Of a stretch of DNA of 64,000 bases, positions 11,801 through 29,800 are shown in pieces. Location: assembly GCA_964016885.1 (NCBI GenBank), contig OZ024741.1, forward strand, positions 386,880,001 through 386,944,000, read 5' to 3'. The stretch's first letter is position 1. Each line of letters starts with the position of its first letter. The notes under the pieces were generated by a model. That model had not been told where the DNA came from. It saw only the letters and a program-made list of their open reading frames with translations, and ran no database searches. The position numbers and the translations under genes were made by a program. This DNA is from Eledone cirrhosa (Eukaryota).

Positions 11801-14800
11801 AACTAACACTACCAACACTACCAACACTAACACTACCAATACCACCAACACTAACACTACCAACACCACCAACACTAGCACTACCAACACCACCAAAACT
11901 AACACTACCAACACTACCAACACTAACACTACCAACACCACCAACACTAACACTACCAATACCACCAACACTAACACTACCAACACCACTAACACTAACA
12001 CTACCAACACCACCAACACTAACACTACCAACACCACCAACACTAACAACACTAACACTAACAACAACACCAACACTAACACTACCAACACCACCAACAC
12101 TAACACTAACAACACCACCAACACTAACACTACCAACACCACCAACACTAGCACTACCAACACCACCAACACTAACACTACCAACACCACCAACACTAAC
12201 ACTACCAACAACACCAACACTAACACTACCAACACCACCAACACTAGCACTACCAACACCACCAACACTAACACTACCAACACCACCAACACTAACACTA
12301 CCAACACCACCAACACTAACACTACCAACAGCACCAACACTAGCACTACCAACACCACCAATACTAAGACTAACAACACCATCAACACTAACACTACCAA
12401 CACTAACACTACCAACACAACCAACACTAACACTACCAACACTAACACTACTAACACCACCAACACTAACACTACCAACACCATCAAAACTAGCACTACC
12501 AATACCACCAACACTAGCACTAACACCACCAACACTAACACTACCAACACCACCAACACTAACACTACCAACACCACCAACACTAATACTACCAACACTA
12601 CCAACACTAACACTAACAACACCACCAACACTAAGACTACCAACACCACCAACAATAGCACTACCAACACCACCAACACTAACACTACCAACACCATCAA
12701 CACTAACACTACCAACACCACCAACACTAGCACTACCAACACCACCAACACTAACACTACCACCAACACTAACAATACCAACACCACCAACACTAACACT
12801 ACCGACACCACCAACACTAACACTACCAACAACACCAACACTAACACTACCAACACCACCAACACTAACACTACCAACACCACTAACACTAGCACTACCA
12901 ACACCACCAACACTAACACTACCAACACCATCAACACTAACACTACCAACACCACCAGCACTAACACTACCAACACCACCAACACTAGCACTACCAACAC
13001 CACCAACACTGACACTACCAACACCATCAATACTAGCACTACCAACACCACAAACACAAACACTACCAACACCACCAACACTAACACTAATACTAACAAC
13101 ACCACCAACACTAACACTAACAACACTACCAACACTAGCACTACCAACACCACCAACACAAACACTACCAACAACATCAACACTAACACTACCAACACCA
13201 CCAGCACTAACACTAACAACACCACCAACAATAACGCTACCAACAACACTAGCACTGCCAACACCACCAACATTAGCACTACCAACACCACCAACACTAG
13301 CACTACCAACACCACCAACACTAACACTACCAACACCACCAACATTAGCACTACCAACACCACCAACACTGACACTACCAACACCATCAATACTAGCACT
13401 ACCAACACCATCAATACTAGCACTACCAACACCACCAACATTAGCACTACCAACACCACCAGCACTGACACTACCAACACCATCAATACTAGCACTACCA
13501 ACACCAAGAACACTAACACTACCAATACCACCAACACTAACACTATCAACACCACCAACACTAACACTAACACTAACAACACCACCAACACTAACACTAC
13601 CAACACAACCAACACTGGCACTACCAACACCACCAATAATAAGACTACCAACACCACCAACACTAACACTACCAACACCACCAACACTAACACTACCAAC
13701 ACCACCAACACTAGCACTACTAACACCACCAACACTAACACTACCAACACCACCAACACTAACGCTACCAACACCACCAATACTACGACTACCAACACCA
13801 CCAACACTAACACTACCAACACCATCAACACTAACGCTACCAACACCACCAATAATAAGACTACCAACACCACCAACACTAACACTACCAACACCACCAA
13901 CACTAACACTACCAACTCCACCAACACTAGCACTACTAACACCACCAACACTAACACTACCAACACCACCAACACTAACACTACCAACAACACCAATACT
14001 ACGACTACCAACACCACCAACACTAACACTACCAACACCACCAACACTAACAACACCAGCAACACTAACATTATCAACACCACCAACACTAGCACTACCA
14101 ACACCACCAACACTAACACTACCAACACCACCAATACTCGCACTACCAACACCACCAACAGTAACACTACCAACACCACCAACACTAACACTACCAACAC
14201 CACCAACACTAACACTACCAACACCACCAACACTAACACTACCAACACCACCAACACTAGCACTACCAACACCACCAACACAAACACTACCACTAACACT
14301 AACACTAACAACACCACCAACACTAACACTAACAACACCACCAACACTAGCACTACCAACACCACCAACACAAACACTACCAACAACATCAACACTAACA
14401 CTACCAACACCACCAGCACTAACAACACCACCAACACTAACACTACCAACACCACCAACACTAGCACTACCAACACCAACAACACTGACACTACCAACAC
14501 CATCAATACTAGCACTACCAACACCAAGAACACTAACACTACCAACACCACAAACACAAACACTACCAACACCACCAACACTAACACTAACAACACCACC
14601 AACACTAACACTAACAACACCACCAACACTAGCACTACTAACACCACCAACACTAACACTACCAACACCACAAACACAAACACTACCAACACCACCAACA
14701 CTAACATTAACACTAACAACACCACCAACACTAACACTAACAACACCACCAACACTAGCACTACCAACACCACCAACACAAACACTACCAACAACATCAA

Positions 14801-17800
14801 CACTAACACTACCAACACCACCAGCCCTAACACTAACAACACCACCAACAATAACACTACCAACACCACCAACATTAGCACTACCAACACCACCAACACT
14901 AACACTACCAACACCACCAACACTAACACTACCAACACCACCAACACTAGCACTACCAACACCACCAACACAAACACTACCAACAACATCAACACTAACA
15001 CTACCAACACCACCAGCCCTAACACTAACAACACCACCAACAATAACACTACCAACACCACCAACATTAGCACTACCAACACCACCAACACTAACACTAC
15101 CAACACCACCAACACTGGCACTACCAACACCACCAATAATAAGACTACCAACACCACCAACACTAACACTACCAACACCACCAACACTAACACTACCAAC
15201 ACCACCAACACTAGCACTACTAACACCACCAACACTAACACTACCAACACCACCAACACTAACGCTACCAACACCACCAATACTACGACTACCAACACCA
15301 CCAACACTAACACTACCAACACCACCAACACTAACACTACCAACTCCACCAACACTAGCACTACTAACACCACCAACACTAACACTACCAACACCACCAA
15401 CACTAACACTACCAACAACACCAATACTACGACTACCAACACCACCAACACTAACACTACCAACACCACCAGCACTAACAACACCAGCAACACTAACATT
15501 ACCAACACCACCCACACTAGCACTACCAACACCACCAACACTAACACTACCAACTCCACCAACACTAACACTGCCAACAACACCAACACTAACACTACCA
15601 ACACCACCAACACTAACACTACCAACACCACCAACACTAACACTACCAACACGACCAACACTAACACTACCAACACCACCAACACTAGCACTACCAACAC
15701 CACCAACACTAACACTGCCAACACCACCAACAATAACACTACCAACACCACCAACACTAACACTACCAACACCACCAACATTAGCACTACCAACACCACC
15801 AACACTAACACTACCAACACCACCAACACTAACACTACCAACACCACCAACACTAGCACTACCAACACCACCAACACAAACACTACCACCAACACTAACA
15901 CTAACACTAACAACACCACCAACACTAACACTAACAACACCACCAACACTAGCACTACCAACACCACCAACACAAACACTACCAACAACATCAACACTAA
16001 CACTACCAACACCACCAGCACTAACAACACCACCAACACTAACACTACCAACACCACCAACACTAGCACTACCAACACCACCAACACTGACACTACCAAC
16101 ACCAAAAATACTAGCACTACCAACACCAAGAACACTAACACTACCAACACCACCAACACTAACACTATCAACACCACCAACACTAACACTAACAACACAA
16201 CCAATACTAACATTACCAACACAACCAACACTGGCACTACCAACACCACCAATAATAAGACTACCAACACCACCAACACTAACACTACCAACACCACCAA
16301 CACTAACACTACCAACACCACCAACACTAGCACTACTAACACCACCAACACTAACACTACCAACACCACCAACACTAACACTACCAACACCACCAATACT
16401 ACGACTACCAACACCACCATCACTAACACTACCAACACCACCAACACTAACACTACCAACTCCACCAACACTAGCACTACTAACACCACCAACACTAACA
16501 CTACCAACACCACCAACACTAACACTACCAACACCACCAATACTACGACTACCAACACCACCAACACTAACACTACCAACACCACCAACACTAACACTAC
16601 CAACACCAGCAACACTAACATTACCAACACCACCAACACTAGCACTACCAACACCACCAACAGTAACACTACCAACACCACCAACACTCGCACTACCAAC
16701 ACCACCAACACTAACGCTACCAACACCACCAACACTAACACTACCAACACCACCAACACTAACACTACCAACACCACCAACACTAACACTACCAACACCA
16801 CCAACACTAGCACTACCAACACCACCAACACTAACACTGCCAACAACACCAACACTAACACTACCAACACCACCAACACTAACACTACCAACACCACCAA
16901 CACTAACACTACCAACACGACCAACACTAACACTACCAACACCACCAACACTAGCACTACCAACACCACCAACACTAACACTACCAACACCACCAACATT
17001 AGCACTACCAACACCACCAACACTAACACTACCAACACCACCAACACTAACACTACCAACACCACCAACATTAGCACTACCAACACCACCAACACTAACA
17101 CTACCAACACCACCAACACTAACACTACCAACACCACCAACACTAACAACACCAGCAACACTAACATTACCAACACCACCAACACTAGCACTACCAACAC
17201 CACCAACACTAACACTACCAACACAACCAATACTCGCACTACCAACACCACCAACACTAACACTACCAACACCACCAACACTAACACTACCAACACCACC
17301 AACACTAACACTACCAACACCACCAACACTAACACTACCAACACCACCAGCACTAGCACTACCAACACCACCAACACTAACACTGCCAACACCACCAACA
17401 CTAACACTACCAACACCACCAACACTAACACTACCAACACCACCAACATTAGCACTACCAACACCACCAACACTAACACTACCAACACCACCAACACTAA
17501 CACTACCAACACCACCAACACTAGCACTACCAACACCACTAACACAAACACTACCAACACCACCAACACTAACACTAACACTAACAACACCACCAACACT
17601 AACACTGCCAACACCACCAACACTAACACTACCAACACCACCAACACTAACACTACCAACACCACCAACACTAGCACTACCAACACCACCAACACAATCA
17701 CTACCAACACCACCAACACAAACACTACCAACAACATCAACACTAACACTACCAACACCACCAGCACTAACACTAACAACACCACCAACACTAACACTAC

Positions 17801-20800
17801 CAACACCACAAACACTAGCTCTACCAACACCACCAACACTGACACTACCAACACCATCAATACTAGCACTACCAACACCAAGAACACTAACACTACCAAC
17901 ACCACCAACACTAACACTATCAACACCACCAACACTAACACTAACACTAACAACACCACCAACACTAACACTACCAACACAACCAACACTGGCACTACTA
18001 ACACCACCAATAATAACACTACCAACACCACCAACACTAACACTACCAACACCACCAACACTAACACTACCAACACCACCAACACCACCAACACTAGCAC
18101 TACTAACACCACCAACACTAACACTACCAACACCAGCAACACTATCACTACCAACACCACCAATACTACGACTACCAACGCCACCATCACTAACACTACC
18201 AACACCACCAACACTAACACTACCAACACCACCAACACTAACACTACCAACACCACCAATAATATGACTACCAACACCACCAACACTAACACTACCAACA
18301 CCACCAACACTAACACTACCAACACCAGCAACACTAACATTACCAACACCACCAACACTAGCACTACCAACACCACCAACACTAACACTACCAACACCAC
18401 CAACACTCGCACTACCAACACCACCAACACTAACACTACCAACACCACCAACACTAACACTACCAACACCACCAACACTAACACTACCAACACCACCAAC
18501 ACTAACACTACCAACACCACCAACACTAGCACTACCAACACCACCAACACTAACACTGCCAACACCACCAACACTAACACTACCAACACCACCAACACTA
18601 ACACTACCAACACCACCAACATTAGCACTACCAACACCACCAACACTAACACTACAAACACCACCAACACTAACACTACCAACACCACCAACACTAGCAC
18701 TACCAACACCACCAACACTAACACTACCAACACCACCAACACTAACACTACCAACACCACCAACACTAACACTACCAACACCACCAACACTAACACTACC
18801 AACACCACCAACACTAGCACTACCAACACCACCAACACAAACACTACCACCAACACTAACACTAACACTAACAACACCACCAACACTAACACTAACAACA
18901 CCACCAACACTAGCACTACCAACACCACCAACACAAACACTACCAACAACATCAACACTAACACTACCAACACAACCAGCACTAACAACACCACCAACAC
19001 TAACACTACCAACACCACCAACACTAGCACTACCAACACCACCAACACTGACACTACCAACACCATCAATACTAGCACTACCAACACCAAGAACACTAAC
19101 ACTACCAACACCACAAACACAAACACTACCAACACCACCAACACTAACACTAACACTAACAACACCACCAACACTAACACTAACAACACCACCAACACTA
19201 GCACTACTAACACCACCAACACTAACACTACCAACACCACAAACACAAACACTACCAACACCACCAACACTAACACTAACACTAACAACACCACCAACAC
19301 TAACACTAACAACACCACCAACACTAGCACTACCAACACCACCAACACAAACACTACCAACAACATCAACACTAACACTACCAACACCACCCGTCCTAAC
19401 ACTAACAACACCACCAACAATAACACTACCAACACCACCAACATTAGCACTACCAACACCACCAACACTAACACTACCAACACCACCAACACTAACACTA
19501 CCAACACCACCAACACTAGCACTATCAACACCACCAACACAAACACTACCAACAACATCAACACTAACACTACCAACACCACCAGCCCTAATACTAACAA
19601 CACCACCAACAATAACACTACCAACACCACCAACATTAGCACTACCAACACCACCAGCCCTAACACTAACAACACCACCAACAATAACACTACCAACACC
19701 ACCAACATTAGCACTACCAACACCACCAACACTAACACTACCAACACCACCAACACTGACACTACCAACACCATCAATACTAGCACTACCAACACCAAGA
19801 ACACTAACACTACCAACACCACCAACACTAACACTATCAACACCACCAACACTAACACTAACACTAACAACACCACCAACACTAACACTACCAACACCAC
19901 CAACGCTAACACTACCAACACCACCAACACCACCAACACTAACAATGCCAACACCACCAACACTAACACTACCAACACCATCAACACTAGCACTACCAAC
20001 ACCACCAACACTACCAACACTAACACTACCAACACCACCAACACTAACACTACCAACACCACCAACACTAACACTACCAACACCAACAACACTAGCACTA
20101 CCAACACCACCAACAATAGCACTACCAACACCACCAACACCACCAACACTAACACACTAACAACAGCACCAACACTAAGACTACCAACACTACCAACACT
20201 TTCACTACCAACACCACCAACACCACCAACACTAACACTACCAACATCATCAACACTAGCACTACCAACACTACCAACACCACCAACACCACCAACACTA
20301 ACACTACCAACACCACCAACACTAATACTACCAACACCACCAACACTAACACTACCAACACCATCAACACTAACACTACTAATACCACCAACACTAGCAC
20401 TACTAACACCACCAACACGAGCACTACCAACACCACCAACACTAACACTACCAACACCACCAACACTAACACCACCAACACTAGCACTACCAACACCACC
20501 AACACTAACACTACCAACACCACCAACACTACCAACACCACCTACACTAACACTACCAACACTAACACTACCAACAGCACCAACACTAACACTACCAACA
20601 CCGCCAAAACTAACACTACTAACACCACCAACACTAGCACTACTAACACCACCAACACCACCAACACTAACACTACCAACACCACCAACACTAGCACTAC
20701 CAACACCACCAACACTAACACTACCAACACCATCAACACTAACACTACCAACACCACCAACACTAACACTACCAACACCACCAACACTAACACTACCAAC

Positions 20801-23800
20801 ACTAACACTACCAACACCACCAACACTAACACTACCAACACCAGCAACACTAGCACTACCAACACCACCAACACTAACACTACCAACTCCAGCAACACTA
20901 CCAACACCACCAACACCAACACTACCAACACCACCAACACCAACAACACCACCAACATTAACACTACCAACACCACCAACACTAACACTAGCAACACCAT
21001 CAATACTAGCACTACCAACACCACCAACACTAGCAATACCAACACCACCAACAACACTAACACTACCAACACTACCAACACTAACACTACCAACACCACC
21101 TACACTAACACTACCAACACCACCAACACTAACACTACCAACACCACCAACACTAACACTAATATCACCACCAACACTAACACTACCAACACCACCAACA
21201 CTAACACTAAAAACACCACCAACACCACCAACACTAACACTACCAACACCATCAACACTAGCACTACCAACACTTTCACTACCAACACCACCAACACCAC
21301 TAACACTAACACTACCAACACCACCAACACTAACACTACCAACACCACCAACACTAGAACTACCAACACCACCAACAATAACACTACCAACACCACCAAC
21401 ACTAACACTACCAACACCATCAACACTAGCACTACCAACACTACCAACACTTTCACTACCAACACCACCAACACCACTAACACTAACACTACCAACACCA
21501 CCAACACTAACACTACCAACACCACCAACACTAGCACTACCAACACCACCAACAATAACACTACCAACACCACCAACACCACCAACACTAGCACTACCAA
21601 CACCACCAACACCACCAACACTAACACTACCAACACCATCAACATTAGCACTACCAATACCACCAACACTAGCACTACCAACACCACCAACACTAGCACT
21701 ACCAACACCACCAACACTAACACTATCAACACCACCAACACTAGCACTACCAATACCACCAACACTAGCACTACCAACACCACCAACAATAACACTACCA
21801 ACACCACCAACACTAACACTACCAACACCACCAACACCACCAACACTAACACTACCAACACCATCAACACTAGCACTACCAATAGCACCAACACTAGCAC
21901 TACCAACACCACCAACACTAGCACTACCAACACCACCAACACTAACACTATCAACACCACCAACACTAGCACTACCAATACCACCAACACTAGCACTACC
22001 AACACCACCAACAATAACACTACCAACACCACCAACAATAACAATACCAACACCACCAACACTAGCACTACCAACACCACCAACACTAACACTACCAACA
22101 CCATCAACACTAGCACTACCAATACCACCAACACTAGCACTACCAACACCACCAGCACTAGCACTACCAACACCACCAACACTAACACTATCAATACCAC
22201 CAACACTAGCACTACCAATACCACCAACACTAGCACTACCAACACCACCAACAATAACCCTACCAACACCACCAACACTAACACTACCAACACCACCAAC
22301 ACTAACACTACCAACAACACCAACACTAACACTATCAACACCACCAACACTAACACTACCAACACCACCAACACTAACACTATCAACACCACCAACACTA
22401 ACACTACCAACACCACCAACACTAACACTACCAACACCACCAACACTAGCACTACCAACACCACCAACACTAACATTACCAACACCACCAACACTAGCAC
22501 TACCAACACCACCAACACTAGCACTACCAACACCACCAACACTAACACTATCAATACCACCAACACTAGCACTACCAATACCACCAACACTAGCACTACC
22601 AACACCACCAACAATAACACTACCAACACCACCAACACTAACACTACCAACACCACCAACACTAACACTACCAACAACACCAACACTAACACTATCAACA
22701 CCACCAACACTAACACTACCAACACCACCAACACTAACACTATCAACACCACCAACACTAACACTACCAACACCACCAACACTAACACTACCAACACCAC
22801 CAACACTAGCACTACCAACACCACCAACACTAACATTACCAACACCACCAACACTAACACTATCAACACCACCAACACTGACACTACCAACACCACCAAC
22901 ACTAACACTACCAGCACCATCAACACTAACACTACCAACACTACCAACACTAACACTACCAACATCACCAACACTAACACTACCAGCACCATCAACACTA
23001 ACACTACCAGCACCATCAACACTAACACTACCAACACTACCAACACTAACACTACCAACATCACCAACACTAACACTACCAGCACCATCAACACTAACAC
23101 TACCAGCACCATCAACACTAGCACTACCAACACTACCAACACTCGCACTACCAACACCACCAACACTAACATTACCAACACCACCAACACTAACGCTACC
23201 AACACCACCAACACTAGCACTACCAACACCACCAACACTAACACTACCAACACCACCAACACTAACACTACCAACACCACCAACACTAGCACTACCAACA
23301 CCATCAACACTAACACTACCAACACCACCAACACTCGCACTACCAACAGCACCAACACTAACACTACCAACACCACCAACACTAGTACTACCAACACCAC
23401 CAACACTAACACTACCAACACCACCAACACTAACACTACCAACACCACCAACACTAACACTATCAACACCACCAACACTAACACTACCAACACAACCAAC
23501 ACAAACACTACCAACACCACCAAAACTAGCACTACCAACACCACCAACACTAGTACTACCAACACCACCAACACTAACACTACCAACACCACCAACACTA
23601 GCACTACCAACACCACCAAAACTAACACTACCAGCACCATCAACACTAGCACTACCAACACCACCAACACTAACACTACCAGCACCATCAACACTAACAC
23701 TACCAACACTACCAACACTAACACTACCAACATCACCAACACTAACACTACCAACACCACCAACACTAACACTACCAGCACCATCAACACTAACACTACC

Positions 23801-26800
23801 AGCACCATCAACACTAGCACTACCAACACTACCAACACTCGCACTACCAACACCACCAACACTAACACTACCAACACCACCAACACTAACACTACCAACA
23901 CCACCAACACTAACACTACCAACACCACCAACACTAACATTACCAACACCACCAACACTAACACTACCAACACCACCAACACTAGCACTACCAACACCAC
24001 CAACACTAACACTACCAACACTAACACTACCAACACCACCAACACTAGCACTACCAACACCATCAACACTAACACTACCAACACCACCAACACTCGCACT
24101 ACCAACAGCACCAACACTAACACTACCAACACCACCAACACTAGTACTACCAACACCACCAACACTAACACTACCAACACCACCAACACTAACACTACCA
24201 ACACCACCAACACTAACACTACCAACAACACCAACACTAACAGTACCAACACCACCAACACTAACAACACCACCAACACCACCAACACTAACACTACCAA
24301 CACCACCAACACTAACACTACCAGCACCATCAACACTAACACTACCAACACCACCAACACTAACACTAACAACACCACCAACACTAACACTACCAACACC
24401 ACCAACACTAACACTACCAACACCACCAACACTAGTACTACCAACACCACCAACACTAACACTACCAGCACCACCAACACTAACACTACCAACACCACCA
24501 ACACTAACACTACCAACACCACCAACACTAACACTACCAGCACCATCAACACTAACACTACCAACACCACCAACACTGACACTACCAACACCACCAACAC
24601 TAACACTACCAGCACCATCAACACTAACACTACCAACACCACCAACACTGACACTACCAACACCACCAACACTAACACTACCAACACTAACACTACCAAC
24701 ACCACCAACACTCGCTCTACCAACAGCACCAACACTAACACTACCAACACCACCAACACTCGCACTACCAACACCACCAACACTAGCACTACCAACACCA
24801 CCAACACTAACACTACCGACACCACCAACACTGACACTACCAACACTAACACTACCAACACCACCAACACTCGCTCTACCAACAGCACCAACACTAACAC
24901 TACCAACACCACCAACACTCGCACTACCAACACCACCAACACTCGCACTACCAACACCACCAACACTAACACTACCGACACCACCAACACTAACACTACC
25001 AACAGCACCAACACTAACACTACCAACACCACCAACACTAGCACTACCAACACCACCAACACTACCAACAGCACCAACACTAACACTACTAACACCACCA
25101 ACACTAGCACTACCAACACCACCAACACTCGCACTACCAACAGCACCAACACTAACACTACCAACACCACCAACACTAACACTACCAACACCACCAACAC
25201 TAGCACTACCAACACCACCAACACTAGCACTACCAACACCACCAACACTAGCACTACCAACACCACTAACACTAACACTACCAACACCACCAACACTAGT
25301 ACTACCAACACCACCAACACCAACACCACCAACACTAACACTACTAACACCACCAGCACTAACACTACCAACACCACCAACACTCGCACTACCAACACCA
25401 CCAACACTAACACTACCAACACCACCAACACTAACACTACCAACACCACCAACAATAGCACTACCAACACCACCAACACTAACACTACCAACACCACCAA
25501 CACTCGCACTACCAACACCACCAACACTAACACTACCAACACCACCAACACCACCAACACTAACACTACCAACACCAACAACACTAGTACTACCAACACC
25601 ACCAACACTAACACTACCAGCACCACCAACACTAACACTACCAACACCACCAACACTAACACTACCAACACCACCAACACTAACACTACCAACACCACCA
25701 ACACTAATACTACCAACACCACCAACAATAACACTACCAACACCACCAACACTAACACTACCAACACCACCAACACTAACACTACCAACACCACCAACAC
25801 TAACACTACCAACACCACCAACACTAACACTACCAACACCACCAACACTAACACTACCAACACCACCAACACTAACACTACCAACACCACCAACACTAAC
25901 ACTACCAACACCACCAACACTAACACTACCAACACCACCAACACTAACACTACCAGCACCACCAACACTGACACTACCAACACTACCAACACTAACACTA
26001 CCAACACCACCAACACTAACACTACCAACACCACCAACACTCGCACTACCAACACCACCAACACTAACACTACCAACATCACCAACACTAACACTACCAA
26101 CACCACCAACACTAACACTACCAACACCACCAACACTCGCACTACCAACACCACCAACACTAACACTACCAACACCACCAACACTAACACTACCAACACC
26201 ACCAACACTCGCACTACCAACACCACCAACACTAACACTACCAACACCACCAACAATAACACTAATAACACTACCAACACTAACTCTACCAACACCACCA
26301 ACACTAACACTACCAACACTACCAACCCCACAAACACTAGCACTACCAACACCACCAACACTCGCACTACCAACACCACCAACACTAACACTACCAACAC
26401 CACCAACACTAGCACTACTAACACCACCAACACTAACACTACCAACACCACCAACACTAACACTACCAACACCACCAACACTAGCACTACTAACACCACC
26501 AACACTAACACTACCAACACCACCAACACTAGCACTACCAACACCACTAACACTGACACTACCAACACCATCAATACTATCACTACTAACACCACCAACA
26601 CTAACACTATCAACACCACCAACACTAACACTACCAACACCCCCAACACTAGCACTACCAACACAACCAACACTCGCACTACCAACAGCACCAACACTAA
26701 CACTACCAACACCACCAACACTAACACTACCAACACCACCAACACTAGCACTACCAACACCACCAACACTCGCACTACCAACACCATCAACACTAACACT

Positions 26801-29800
26801 ACCAACACCACCAAAACTAACACTACCAACACCACCAACACTAACATACCAACACCACCAACACTAACACTACCAACACCACCAACACCACCAATACTAA
26901 CACTACCAACACCACCAACACTAAAACTACCAACACCACCAACACTAACACTACCAACACCACCAACACCACCAACACTAACACTACCAACACCACCAAC
27001 ACTAAAACTACCAACACCACCAACACACACTAATAACACCACCACCACCAAAACTAGCACAACCAACACCACCAACACTAGCACTATCAACACCATCAAT
27101 ACTAGCACTACCAACACCACCAACACCAACACCACCAACACTAGCACTACCAACACCACCAACACTAGCACTACCAACACCACCAACACTAACACTACCA
27201 ACACCACCAACACTAACAGTACCAACACCACCAACACTAACACTAATATCACCACATACACTAACACTACCAACACCACCAACACTAGCACTACCAACAC
27301 CACTAACACTAGCACTACCAACACCACCAACACTAACACTACCAACACTACCAACCCCACAAACACTAGCACTACCAACACCACCAACACTAACACTACC
27401 AACACCACCAACACTAACACTACCAACACCACCAACACTAACACTAATAACACCACATACACTAACACTACCAACACCACCAACACTAGCACTACCAACA
27501 CCACTAACACTAGCACTACCAACACCACCAACACTAACACTACCAACACTACCAACCCTACAAACACTAACACTACCAACACCACCAACACTAGCACTAC
27601 CAACACCACCAACTTTAACACTTCCAACACTACCAACGCTAACACTACCAACACCACCTACACCACCAACACTAACACACTACCAACACCACCAACACTA
27701 ACACTACCAGCACCATCAACACTAACACTACCAACACCACCAACACTGACACTACCAACACCACCAACACTAACACTACCAGCACCATCAACACTAACAC
27801 TACCAACACCACCAACACTGACACTACCAACACCACCAACACTAACACTACCAACACTAACACTACCAACACCACCAACACTCGCTCTACCAACAGCACC
27901 AACACTAACACTACCAACACCACCAACACTCGCACTACCAACACCACCAACACTAGCACTACCAACACCACCAACACTAACACTACCGACACCACCAACA
28001 CTGACACTACCAACACTAACACTACCAACACCACCAACACTCGCTCTACCAACAGCACCAACACTAACACTACCAACACCACCAACACTCGCACTACCAA
28101 CACCAGCAACACTCGCACTACCAACACCACCAACACTAACACTACCGACACCACCAACACTAACACTACCAACAGCACCAACACTAACACTACCAACACC
28201 ACCAACACTAGCACTACCAACACCACCAACACTACCAACAGCACCAACACTAACACTACTAACACCACCAACACTAGCACTACCAACATCACCAACACTC
28301 GCACTACCAACAGCACCAACACTAACACTACCAACACCACCAACACTAACACTACCAACACCACCAACACTAGCACTACCAACACCACCAACACTAGCAC
28401 TACCAACACCACCAACACTAGCACTACCAACACCACTAACACTAACACTACCAACACCACCAACACTAGTACTACCAACACCACCAACACCAACACCACC
28501 AACACTAACACTACTAACACCACCAGCACTAACACTACCAACACCACCAACACTCGCACTACCAACACCACCAACACTAACACTACCAACACCACCAACA
28601 CTAACACTACCAACACCACCAACACTCGCACTACCAACACCACCAACACTAACACTACCAACACCACCAACACTAGTACTACCAACACCACCAACACTAA
28701 CACTACCAGCACCACCAACACTAACACTACCAACACCACCAACACTAACACTACCAACACCACCAACACTAACACTACCAACACCACCAACACTAATACT
28801 ACCAACACCACCAACAATAACACTACCAACACCACCAACACTAACACTACCAACACCACCAACACTAACACTACCAACACCACCAACACTAACACTACCA
28901 ACACCACCAACACTAACACTACCAACACCACCAACACTAACACTACCAACACCACCAACACTAACACTACCAACACCACCAACACTAACACTACCAACAC
29001 CACCAACACTAACACTACCAACACCACCAACACTAGTACTACCAACACCACCAACACTAACACTACCAGCACCACCAACACTAACACTACCAACACCACC
29101 AACACTCGCACTACCAACACCACCAACACTAACACTACCAACACCACCAACAATAACACTAATAACACTACCAACACTAACTCTACCAACACCACCAACA
29201 CTAACACTACCAACACTACCAACCCCACAAACACTAGCACTACCAACACCACCAACACTCGCACTACCAACACCACCAACACTAACACTACCAACACCAC
29301 CAACACTAGCACTACTAACACCACCAACACTAACACTACCAACACCACCAACACTAACACTACCAACACCACCAACACTAGCACTACTAACACCACCAAC
29401 ACTAACACTACCAACACCACCAACACTAGCACTACCAACACCACTAACACTGACACTACCAACACCATCAATACTATCACTACTAACACCACCAACACTA
29501 ACACTATCAACACCACCAACACTAACACTACCAACACCACCAACACTCGCACTACCAACAGCACCAACACTAACACTACCAACACCACCAACACTCGCAC
29601 TACCAACAGCACCAACACTAACACTACCAACACCACCAACACTAACACTACCAACACCACCAACACTAGCACTACCAACACCACCAACACTCGCACTACC
29701 AACACCATCAACACTAACACTACCAACACCACCAAAACTAACACTACCAACACCACCAACACTAACATACCAACACCACCAACACTAACACTACCAACAC

